From: Syncephalis fuscata S228
Lineage: Eukaryota > Fungi > Zoopagomycota
DNA: 64,000 nt
Assembly: GCA_025786725.1 (NCBI GenBank)
Contig: JAHLTZ010000065.1
Coordinates: forward strand, 2,624-66,623
Reading direction: 5' to 3'
Below are positions 12,498-24,196 of this stretch, piece after piece. The translations under genes and the position numbers were made by a program. Below the pieces are notes generated by a model. It made no database searches and was not told where the DNA came from. It was given only the letters and a program-made list of their open reading frames with translations. How positions within the stretch are numbered: the stretch's first letter is position 1; each line of letters opens with the position of its first letter.

Positions 12498-15400
12498 TTC
12501 TGTATTTACAGATAAAGATATCATATGCCATATAATTAATGAATAAGCCATCAATATATAATGCTACTTACAGCCTATTATTATTAAGTTATTGATGCAC
12601 ATAATAAATAACATGTGATTAATGGATAATCAATTAATATACAGTAACTTACAATAATCTAATGTTGATTTGTTGATGGATACAATGCATGGCGCATAAT
12701 TAGTGTATAGTCAGTTAATACAAAATACAACTTACTGCCTATTAATATTAAGTTATTGATACATAATACATTGTATATAGTTAGCGCATGTTCAGTTAAT
12801 ACATAATATAACTTACTGCCTATTAATATTAAATAATTATTACAATTAGTAAATAATATAATTATTGTATAATCAGTTAATATACAGTATCACTTACACC
12901 CTATTAATATTAAACAATTAGTATAATTAGTAAAAAGCATAATTAATGTATATTCACTTAATACACAATATCACTTACATTCTATTGATATTAAACAATT
13001 AGTATAATTATTAAAAGCATAATTAATGTATATTCGGTTAATATACAATACTACCTACCCCCTATTCATATTAAACAATTGATACAATCAGTAAATAGCA
13101 TAGTGAATGTATAGTCAGTTAATATACAATATCACTTACTCTCTATTAATATTAAACAATTGGTACAATTAGTAAATAGCATAATTAATGTAGTCAGTTA
13201 ATATACAATACCACACGGGGGACATTGCTAGCCTAGTGGTATGGCAGCGTCTCCCGAGCTGTAAGGCTTCGGGTTTAAACCCCAGTTTAAACCAATCCTT
13301 AAGTGGAAAATCCTCCCCTCCCCAGTTTTCTCTAGTAAACAGATTGCAAACCAGAAACCCAAGTAGGTCCGGAAACAAGATCTTGGCCAGAATAGCCGAA
13401 AAAAAAACAATTGGGACCAACTTCAAAAGAAATAGTGCTGTGTAGCACCATTCAAAAGAAGATGGCCCCCGCGTGGAATCTATATGGACCGGATTTTGCG
13501 CAAAAATGTGGCAGTCCACCCGTTAATTTGGAGATGTCCAAAATAGTGGGAAGCAACGCAAATTTGACAAAATGCGCAGCGGGGGCTCACAAGCTCTTCT
13601 AATAAATAAATATATAATACTACTTACTGCCTATTAATATTAAACAGTTAGTACAATGAGCAAATAGCGTAGTTAACGTATAGCCAATTAATATACAATA
13701 CCACTTACAAACTATTCATATTAAATAATTGGTACAATCAGTAAATAGCATAATTAATGTATAGTCAGTTAATATACAATACCACTTACACCCTATTAAT
13801 ATCAAACAATTAGTACAATTAGTAAATAGTATAGTTAATGTATAGTCAGTTATTATACAGTATCACTTACATCCTATTAATATTAAACAATTGGCACAAT
13901 TAGTAAATAGCATAGTTAATGTATAGCCAGTTAATATACAATATCACTTACTAGCTAATAATATTAAGCAGTTGGTACAAATAGTAAATAGCATAGTTAA
14001 TTTATAGTCAGTTAATATACAATGTCACTTACTAACTATTAATATTAAACAATTGATATAGTTATTAAATAGTATAGTTAATGCATATTCAGTTAATACA
14101 CAATATCACTTACTCTCTATTAATATCAAACAATTAGTACAATTAGTAAATAGCATAATTAATGTATAGTTGGTTAATATACAATATCACTCACTCCCTA
14201 TTAATATTAAATAATTAGTACAATTATTAAATAGCATAGTTAATCTATAGTTGGTTAATATATAATACCACTTACATGCTATTAATATTAAATAATCGGT
14301 ACAATTAGTAAATAACATAATTAATGTAGTCAGCTAATATACAATATCACTTACAATCTATTAATATTGAATAATTAATACAATCAGTAAATAATATAGT
14401 TAATGTATAGCCAATTACTATACAACTTACTGGCTATTGATATTAAATAATTGGTGCAAGCAGTAAATAGCATGGTTAATGCATAGTCAATTAATATACA
14501 ATATCACTTACGGTCTATTAATATCAAACAATTAACATTATTAGTAAATAGCATAGTTACTATATAGTTAGTTAATATACAATATCACTTACCGCCTGTT
14601 GATATTAAACAATTGGTACAATCAGTAAATAGTATAGTTAATGTATAGTTAGTTAATATACAGTATCACTTACATTCTATTAATATTAAACAATTGGCAC
14701 AATTAGTAAATAACATAGTTAATGTATAGCCAGTTAATATACGATACAACAGAGAACGTTGCTAGCCTAGTAGGTAAGGCAGTGTCTCCCGAGCTGAAGG
14801 CTCCGGGTTTCAAACCGCAGTTTAAATCAATCCTTAAGTGAACCCCACCCCCGTTTATCCAAAAAAACATGTTTAACAAGTAGGTCCGGAAACAAGACCT
14901 TGGCCAGAATAGCCGAAGAAAAACAATTGGGACCAACTTCAAGAGAATAGTGCTGTGTAGCACCATTCAAAAGAAGATGGCCCCGCATGAAATCTATATG
15001 GGCCGGATTTTGCGCAAAAATGTGGCAGTCCACCCGTTAATTTGGAGATGTCCAAAATAGTGGGAGTAGCGCAAATTCTTGAATTATGCGCAGCGGGGGC
15101 TCACGAGCTCTTCAAAATAAAATAATACGCAATAAAACTTACGATCTATTAATATCAAGTTGTTGATAAAAACAGTATATGGATATAATTAGTGAGTAAT
15201 TAATTCATATACAATACAACTTACCTCCTATTAATATTAAGTTATTGATATATAATACATAATATATAATTAGTACATAGTTAGTTGATATGTAATGTTA
15301 CTTACTAACTATTACATCGAGTAATTGGTACACAGTGCATGACACATAATTAGCACATAGCCAGTTAATACACAATGCTACTTACCGCCTATTAATATTA

Positions 15401-16140
15401 AGTTATTGATATACATAGCACAGAATATATAATTAGCCAATGTTCAATTAATATACAATATAACTTACATTCTATTAGTATTAAGTTATTGATATACATG
15501 GTACATGGCATATAATTAGTTTATAGTCAATTAATATACAATACACCTTACGATCTATGGCATTAAGTTGTTGATATATGCAATACATGATATAATTAAT
15601 TTATGTAATTAATATACAATATCACTTACCGCCTATTAGTATCAAGTTGTTGATACACATGGTGTATAGCATGCAATTAGAGAGTAATTAATCAATATAC
15701 AATACAACTTACAGCCTATTAATATTAAGTTATTTATACGTATAATACATGGTACATAATTAGTGCATAGTCGGTTAATATATAATACCACTTACTGTCT
15801 ATTAATATTATTTATACGTATAATACATGGTACATAATTAGTATAATCAGTCAATATATAAACTTACAGCCTATTAATATTAAGTTATTTATACGTATAA
15901 TACATGGTACATAATTAGTGCATAGTCGGTTAATATATAATACCACTTACTGTCTATTAATATTAGGTTAGAAATACTGTTAGTAAGCATAATAATATAA
16001 TATATCTATTGCTATTGAAACATACAACGACGAACCAAAGCTGGTTTATCATCCATCTTGATTGATCTAGCATTCACTATGGCTGTAGTGGCTATCAAAG
16101 CCACAAAGACGGTACAAACGACGGCAATAGAAAGCTTCAT
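12498..16140 (-). CDS. Micro-exon gene encoding a 72-aa secreted cysteine-rich prepropeptide (35 exons, 33 micro-exons)
   Basis: Exon 1 16140-16026 = MKLSIAVVCTVFVALIATTAIVNARSIKMDDKPALVRR+T, then GTATGT donor. Thirty-three micro-exons, each bounded by YAG and GTAAG/GTGAG/GTAGG. Terminal exon begins at 12499. Spliced product ends YSYSCDQCVRDQCDPNSWKITRWFCKREWCSNYC*. Confidence 0.88.
13215..13608 (+). mobile_element. tRNA-derived SINE-like element, copy 1 (intronic, antisense to micro-exon gene)
   Basis: A-box TAGCCTAGTGG (13229-13239), B-box-like GGTTTAAACCC (13272-13282), GC-richer body, A-rich tail, ~15-bp imperfect target duplication AATATACAATACCAC/AATATATAATACTAC. Confidence 0.75.
14751..15123 (+). 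mobile_element. tRNA-derived SINE-like element, copy 2
   Basis: Clearly homologous to 13215-13608 along its length; TAGCCTAGTAGG and GGTTTCAAACC boxes; AAAAT-type tail; degenerate ~15-bp target duplication. Confidence 0.75.
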
Positions 16141-16181
16141 GGTGTTATTGAATTGTTAAGACAAACAAATAAAAGCGATGG

Positions 16182-16290
16182 TAGAGTGTGGCTGGTATAG
16201 AGTGGAGAGTAGTGCGTGTATAGCAAGAAGTGGAGTGTGGTTGGTATAGAGTGGAGAGTAGTGTGTGTTTAGTAGGAAGTAGAATGTGAT
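16182..16290. repeat. Short tandem duplication (~50 bp x2) just upstream of the micro-exon gene start
   Basis: GAGTGTGG(C/T)TGGTATAGAGTGGAGAGTAGTG(C/T)GTGT occurs twice. Confidence 0.75.
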
Positions 16291-16533
16291 GATGATATCG
16301 CAGTTGGTTGTGTATATTTTGTGGGCTATTTAAACTTATGACTATGTTGAGGTATTAGTATACTGTAGTATACAAGATATACCATTGATGTGTAGTATGA
16401 ACCAATAAAACAATTCAAATAATGGTTTGAGGTGCACATGTACCAATAAATTCATGGCGTGATGGTATGCTCCCAGTCTTGATTTCGACCTGCTTGGCAT
16501 TTACACAAATAACACGGCAATTCCAATGAGCAT

Positions 16534-16930
16534 TACATATGCGACAATGTACATCATTTTGTATTTTTTGTTACACGGTTTAACTATTTAGTGAAAGCAT
16601 GATATTGTTTGGCTTTGTAAAAGCGATAATGATATCTTTGCCACCATTTTTACCATTCAGTCCTCAATATCTGTATGCATACTAAACAGCACACAACCTG
16701 CCCGGTCTTTACTTCAATCTGCTAGTCATTTGCACGAGTGCTGTAGCAGTGTTCATAATCCAGTACATATGCGATAAAAATAGACATGTTCGCCTGTATT
16801 TTTTGTTGCACAATTTAACTATTTGGTAAAAACAAGTATATTGCTTGGTTTTGTAAAAGATAATGATGTCTGTCCCATTGCTACCGATTCAGTCCTCAAT
16901 ATCTGCATGCATACAGAATAGCACACAACG
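16534..16930. repeat. Diverged direct duplication (~165 bp x2)
   Basis: TACATATGCGA...TTTAACTATTT...TTTGTAAAAG...TTCAGTCCTCAATATCTG.ATGCATAC...AGCACACAAC at ~16534-16698 and ~16764-16929. Confidence 0.75.
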
Positions 16931-17989
16931 CTGATGCAAAAACAAGTTAATACATCAAACTAGTATTTTATACAGGTTTTTACTGCTATACATAGGTCAG
17001 TTGTAATTTCTCAAATTATAAAGTGTATTGATTGGTACATGTATGCATTTCATTTGACACTATGCCCATTGTTATGGGGTAATCATTGTTCTAAATTTAC
17101 AAATGCATCACATCCAGGCATATCATACTACATGTTGTCAACCACCATCATTCAAATGGCGGCCAATCCAAATGACCTGAAATCGACTATACAATAATTA
17201 CTGTTTGCAGCATGATGCATCATGGCATTTTAAGCAATGGAACATTCCAATAAGCCATTTTTGTCATTAATTTTCAGTTGCAAACTAGATTGCATCGACT
17301 AAACTACACGCAATACAATATGCAGCCGCTGGATTAGACACAATAGAAAGTTCTAACCAAATACCAGAAATTGCGAGTGCATAATGTCAATGGATTGCAT
17401 ATCAATTGGTAATCATCCAAGGCCTAAGTGCTGCTTACATTTCTAAAATCACTTCTGATAAGTCAAGCAAGATAGAATATAGAAGAACAAGCCAAAGCAG
17501 AAACCAATAGAAAACAATTGGCAGCTCAAAGATTTACTGGTTTAACCCATAGCAAATCACTATAGCTATGCTAAGCTAAACTGCATTTATCAAAAGTTGG
17601 CTGCTTTTCATGCGGCTAGAACAACAGCAACGTTAAACAGAGATAACACACAGAAAACAAAGAGTTGTAAATAAAATTAAATCAATGAGTTTTGGTAATT
17701 AAACAACTTATCGTCGTCACTACAATTTATAATTCTGATTATTTGTACGGATAAATATTTACAATCACATTGTAGCTTCTTATATACTTGCATTTACACG
17801 ATCATCAACTAAAACAACTAGTATAAGGCTTAATCTAATTATTTACCAGAGTAAGCAGCTAATATTATACATTATTGAAATAATAGAAAAACATATTAAT
17901 TTATTTATTAACCATTAATAAAAAGCTATATAGCTATATATTAAAGTAAAACATTGGATTGAGCACGTAGTATTTATATAAGCAAGCTA

Positions 17990-18757
17990 CTGTACTTTGA
18001 TTTCTACATTTTTATTTACTCATTTCATTATCTTTTCTTATCGCTATCTTATTGTTCTATTCAGTGATACATTATATGCTAATGCCAAATATAACAATAT
18101 AAATAACATGTGTATTTGAACATCAATAAAGAACATATTCAATCACTAGTCTTTATTTCTCTTATTTTACATTAGCACCTGTTCAAGTAACCTCAACGGC
18201 ATGTCGTATATTCTGGTTACAACTGTCGTCACAAGGTCTTTCTGATGAAAACACTCAACCTATCATTATTGCATATGGTGGAGACCGATTTGCTTCATCG
18301 ATAGTCGGCAAATAATCTGCGCCTACCAAGTTGATGCCAAGAATGCTTAAGAGAATGGTGAACATTAGGAACGCTAGTCGCCCTACCTTCTTGTCATCAT
18401 AAATAAGTATCTTACATCACAAATATGCCCAAAATGCAACAGTACAAGATTGGAAAATAGAAGAGACCATTTAGATGCAAGAAACCACACTGACGTAGTA
18501 ACAACAATAACAACTGCAAAATGACATGGAATCGCGATCAATGGCTTTTATTAATATCCAATCAATATTTCTACGCATGGTCAACAGTAATAATGATCGA
18601 TATCGTGAATTTCAAGTAGTAAAATGAAGACACTATACTTGTGTTTTGTTATGCATAACAGCAGCAACAGTGGCCATAGAATGACCATTTTATTACAACC
18701 GACTTTAATTGGAACTAATTTTGCTTTGAAACGCAAAATGTGAGAGTCAAAGTATAA
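17990..18757 (+). mobile_element. TIR element with decayed Fanzor/TnpB C-terminus, copy B (inverted, more diverged)
   Basis: TIRs CTGTACTTTGATTTCTACATTTT ... AAAATGTGAGAGTCAAAGTATAA; frameshifted translation PIIIAYGGDRFASSIVGK*SAPTK...VIINKYLTSQICPKC...NCKMTWNRD-MAFINIQSIF. Confidence 0.75.
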
Positions 18758-20357
18758 CAAAACCAAATTTATTAATACTGCTGTATTACTATCGACTAAT
18801 TTGGATCAATAAATTAATAGCGAGCTTTTTGACTGCAGCAAGCATTAAGCTCAATTATTGGCACTATTACACATGGTAATTTAAATTTACTCTATATAAT
18901 AAGCATAATCTAATATCATGTTGTAATCAAGGTACATGAAGCAATATCCAATTCTCGACCTGGTATTAAGTTCGTCTATGGCTAACTTTTATTATTATTA
19001 TATTATTTGTTATTCACGCCATCTGAGATATTACATTTACTGTGTTATTGATAGGTTTAAGACTGGTGTACGAATTTCGACCTTCATCGTTGAATTTATT
19101 ACATCAATCTGTAGGTTTACAGATACTTTTATTACTATACTAACTACATTCATGACTCTACATCGATTTAATACGGCCCGTCAGTATGGCAATGAATGAT
19201 GTATTGCTGCTATAACTTTAGTGTAATGTTTTTAATTTTATTTAGAACTACTTTTTATCTTGAAATGAATATTTGTGAGTTTAAACCGTGTCAAACATAA
19301 CTTATACCGTATCTATTGCCAACCATTAAGGTCAAATTACAGTCTGCCTTAAGCATGCCCGTCAAATAGCGACACTTTTAATTATTATCCATGTATATTG
19401 CATTATTTCAACAGCAATTTACTAACTCAATTTATACTCACGTTAACACTTTCGACTTTTCAAAATCCATTTATTCTATCCCAAGTTTTAGTATAATACA
19501 CACTTACTATAGCTCATTGTTGCTATAATGTATAAATATTGTAATAAATTTATTTTATAAATATCGTATCATTCCACTGTATCGTTTATTCATACATTAA
19601 TATGTTTATAAGCTTTATTTTCCACATTACCATTAAACCTGTCGAAATCCAAGTACACATCGTGGATTTCACTAGTAAATTGGTTTTACATTGATAATTG
19701 CACCACGCCTTTGTAATATAATATTTAACCAATTAGTTAAGCATAATATCTGCAATTATGTCAGCAGCTCTTTTTATTTTTGCTATTGACTTGCTATTCA
19801 AACTACTGCAAAAATACGTTAAATGCCTATGAAATAATGTTGACGAAAACACTCTAATGATCGCCGGTTATACAATTCAAGTTGCTTATACAGTTTACAA
19901 CCTTGGGCTGTATATGCTACACGATGAAGACAAATCCGAGTTTAGTAACGCATACTTGGTCTTTAATGGCCTGTGGACTTTAATTTGTCAATATTGAATA
20001 AGGATACAAATTTACTAGTCGCATTGTGATCGTTATCAACAGTTGTTGTAAACCCAAATATAGCGACAAAAGTTTTCTTAAACTCCACTACCTTTTCATG
20101 CTATTCTAATAGCGTGACGCAATCCGAATACAAATCATGCTTTCAACCGATTGATAGTGTACTTTCTCCTATTATGCTCAGCATAACTACTGGGCTGATT
20201 CTAAGCAAATAGTAGTTTTAAACCGACACACTATCCATTGTAATCGTATATAAATCGACATTGATACTTGGGTATGAAACAAAAATCATGACTGTTTACC
20301 TAATTTTTAATAATTGCTATCCAGAATCCAAGTTATTGCTAGATAAATTTAATTTTA

Positions 20358-21090
20358 TTGTACTTTGACTCCCACATTTTGAGTCCTTAAAGCAAAAATT
20401 TGTTCCAATTCAAGTCGCACTGTTATGCATAACAAAACACAAGTACAGTGTCTTCATTTACCTACTTTGAAATTCATGAGGCCGATCATTGCTGCTGGCC
20501 ATGCGTAGAAACATCGATCGAATATTAATAAAAGCCATTGATCGCGATTCCATATCGTCCCGCAGTTGTTGTTGTTGTTGTTACTAGGTACAGTGTGGTT
20601 TCTTGCATCTGAATAGACTCTTCTATCGCCAATCTTGTACTGTTGCATTTTGGGCATATTTGCGATGTAAAATACTTATTTATGATGACAAGAAGGTAGA
20701 ACAACTAGTACTTCTGATGTTGACCATTGTCTTGAGCATTCTTGGTATCGACTTGGTAGGTGCAGTTTATTTGCCAACCATTAATGAAGCAAATGGCCTT
20801 TACCATATGCAATAATGATATACTGAGTGTCTTCGCCAGGAAGATCTTGTGGCGACAGTTGTAACCAGAATATACGGCATGCCGTTGAGGTTACTTGAAC
20901 AGGTGCTAATGTAAAATAAGAGAAATAAAGACTAGTGATTGAATATGTTCTTTATTGATGTTCAAATACACATGCTATTTATATTGTTATGTTCGGCATT
21001 AGCATATAATGTATTACTGAATAGAGCAATAGGATAGTAATAAGAAAGATAATGAAATAAGTAAATAAAAATGTGGGAATTAAAGTATAG
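20358..21090 (-). mobile_element. TIR element with decayed Fanzor/TnpB C-terminus, copy C
   Basis: TTGTACTTTGACTCCCACATTTT ... AAAATGTGGGAATTAAAGTATAG, flanked by TA; interior nearly identical to copy A, with a short deletion near the left end. Confidence 0.75.
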
Positions 21091-21654
21091 TAGAAACATT
21101 AAAGCCATTTAATATTAAAAGTCGTTGTTATAAAACATACTGCCAATAAATTACTAAGTGTAATAGGAAATACAATCAAAGTCAATGTTTCTTAAATACA
21201 AGTTTAGTCATAGAAAGTGTCATTATTTTAATAATAAAATGCAATTATATTCTAGAAGATGGAATAATAGACCAATATTTTATATGAATAAATAAATGGT
21301 GCGATGTTAATGCCAGCAGAAACATGCACAGTATATTTAGTACAATAGCCAGTGGTGAACCAAGGCTTTCTGATTTTTTACCACCTATTATTATAAGAAA
21401 TTAAACTGACGCTGTTGCATCAACATCATAATCAAATGCAACACTTTATTGCAGATAGCATGAACTACTATTTAATATTTATTAACACATATCGGACATT
21501 GAAAATAGTGCTGATTAATTAACACTGATTAATGCAATTGAAGTTGATATGGCACTGCTTTATACATAGCACTTCTTAGTAATAAAAACTGATCGACGGT
21601 TTATTATTTGAATTACGGATCTTTTGTCCCCAGTTTGAGGATGGGGACGCAAAG
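20420..21654. repeat. ~1.23-kb near-identical direct repeat, copy 2 (partner 6332-7566)
   Basis: Direct sequence comparison. Confidence 0.95.
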
Positions 21655-21757
21655 TAAAATGGATTCGATAAATCAATTAAAACTAATGAGGTATATTGCG
21701 TAGACATCATGTGTTTAAATGTAGAATATTGTTCATTTTTCCCTTTATTTGACGAGT

Positions 21758-23303
21758 ATGCCGTCATCAGTGCCTAGTAACAATCCACACGACGCCTCTG
21801 CAAGCAGTAGCACTGGCACAGTGGCTAATGTTCAGCTTCCTCGCTTCAACATTGCCTTTCCGGTGGCTGCTCAACCTGACATAAGCAAGTAATCATGGCT
21901 CATTAATGAATCAGAGCAGCAATTAACCAACTAACCTTCACGTCTATTTAGTTCGAGCTAATCAGAAAGATCTCTACTACCGTACTCAGTTACAAGAAGG
22001 CATAGACTATGCATTTCGTGAAGCACTTGGTAACTAAAACGATATTTAAGAAATAGCGTGTTATCTAATCTATCGAATCTATCGTTGAATCTACAAACTA
22101 GGCACGCGTCAGTTTTTACGATATCAATCAGAAATCCGCACCTTCTCAGACTTTTTGTATTACATACTAACCACACTGACTGGTAAGGGTATCGACAATA
22201 GTATTTCTGTATATATTGAATACCTATTCCAACTAGGCTCACAAACATTGGGCGAGGAATACTGCGACTTGCTACAAGTAGACGGAAAGCGACATGTTTA
22301 TCCAGACTATAAGGTAAGCATGTTAACGAGTCAGTCTTTTACATTATGATAACTTTATTGTTTGAATAGAAACGTTTGCTCTCTATTCTTCTACAGCTTG
22401 GCTTTCCCTATGCCGTTACGAAAGGAATCGATCAATTTCGCCAGCGAGTATCGGCAGCCGAGAGACGTATAGTTAGTGGCCAAAGCAATGGTTAGTTATG
22501 ATTTGTTATATGGCACATGAGCATTGTCTAACTTATAAATTAAACTAAATTAAACTAAAGCGAGCCCACAAGATGAGAAATGGGCCCAGTTAGGTAGATT
22601 ATGGCTGGATCAAGTAAATTGGCTTTGGAAGGTTGTGTTTCATCCTATGCATTTAGCACTCTTCTATTTTGCAGGCGCTTATTATCATTTCTCAAAGCGA
22701 CTAACCGGCATTCGATATGTGAGTATAGATAATACAAGTGCTTTAGTAATAACTAACAAATGGCTTTAGATATTTACACGACAGCTAGCACCTAATGAAG
22801 AACCAATGGGATACGAATTTATTGGTGTGCTTATGGTAATACAGCTGATTGTACGTGGTGCCATGTCTGTGCATCAACGTCTTACAGCCACGACAACAGA
22901 TGAGTCTAAGGAGAACAGTGTTGAAGGTGTTATTTCTGCAACGTAAGTTATAATAGATAGAGATTGAAGTAGCGTTATAACTATCAATGCTATTAATGCT
23001 ATTTAGAGAAACGGCCGAACAATTCAATGAGGATAACAATAATGAGTCGATTGCTATCGGCAGTGAAGAGATTAAAGAGCAAGCCAACTGTGCACTATGT
23101 CTTGCTCCTCGACAAGAAACAACTGCAACACCTTGTGGTCATATGTTCTGCTGGCTATGTATCTGTCAATGGTGTCAAACTAAAGTACGTGTAAATGACG
23201 AGTATATTAATTGATTGCATTAACAATGATACAATAGCCTGAATGTCCACTGTGCCGTCAACCAGCACCTTTATCGCATTTATTTGTGATCCATAATACT
23301 TAA
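21758..23303 (+). CDS. PEX10: Peroxin 10 (peroxisomal RING E3 ligase), multi-exon
   Basis: FPVAAQPDI/IRANQKD, LTTLTGSQTLGEEYCDL, HLALFYFAGAYYHFSKRLTGIRY, RING CALCLAPRQETTATPCGHMFCWLCICQWCQTK/PECPLCR. Confidence 0.93.
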
Positions 23304-23428
23304 TCATTTGTTAACACGTATATCAAACAGTTTATAATAAACCATTTTTGTTTATATTTAGGTTTCTTTACAATATTTCGATGCATGTCGACAGTGAAAA
23401 CCATTAAAACAAGCAAGCAAATAAACAA

Positions 23429-24196
<768 letters not shown>

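Larger units (their letters stand above)
12500..16025. repeat. Tandem array of ~81-bp units; each unit is one intron plus one 3-nt exon
   Basis: Recurring plus-strand ...CACTTAC-NNN-CTATTAATATTAA... at 72-83 bp spacing; the NNN triplet is hypervariable against conserved flanks. Confidence 0.95.

Noticed and set aside
13215-13295. Functional tRNA gene (also ~14751-14830)
   Set aside because: A/B boxes are present but I could not form a convincing acceptor stem or anticodon arm; each continues into a shared 300-bp body and A-tail typical of a SINE.
13169-15033. ORF-track proteins at 13169-13602 and 14703-15033
   Set aside because: They are incidental frames across the two SINE-like inserts and are not frame-conserved between copies.
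12500-16025. CRISPR array or plain satellite DNA
   Set aside because: Eukaryotic context, no cas genes, variable part only 3 nt; the conserved parts are splice signals and the variable triplets splice into a coherent ORF.
17000-20330. Possible additional coding remnants at ~17.0-17.7 kb and ~18.9-20.3 kb
   Set aside because: No sustained reading frame, splice pattern or recognisable domain.
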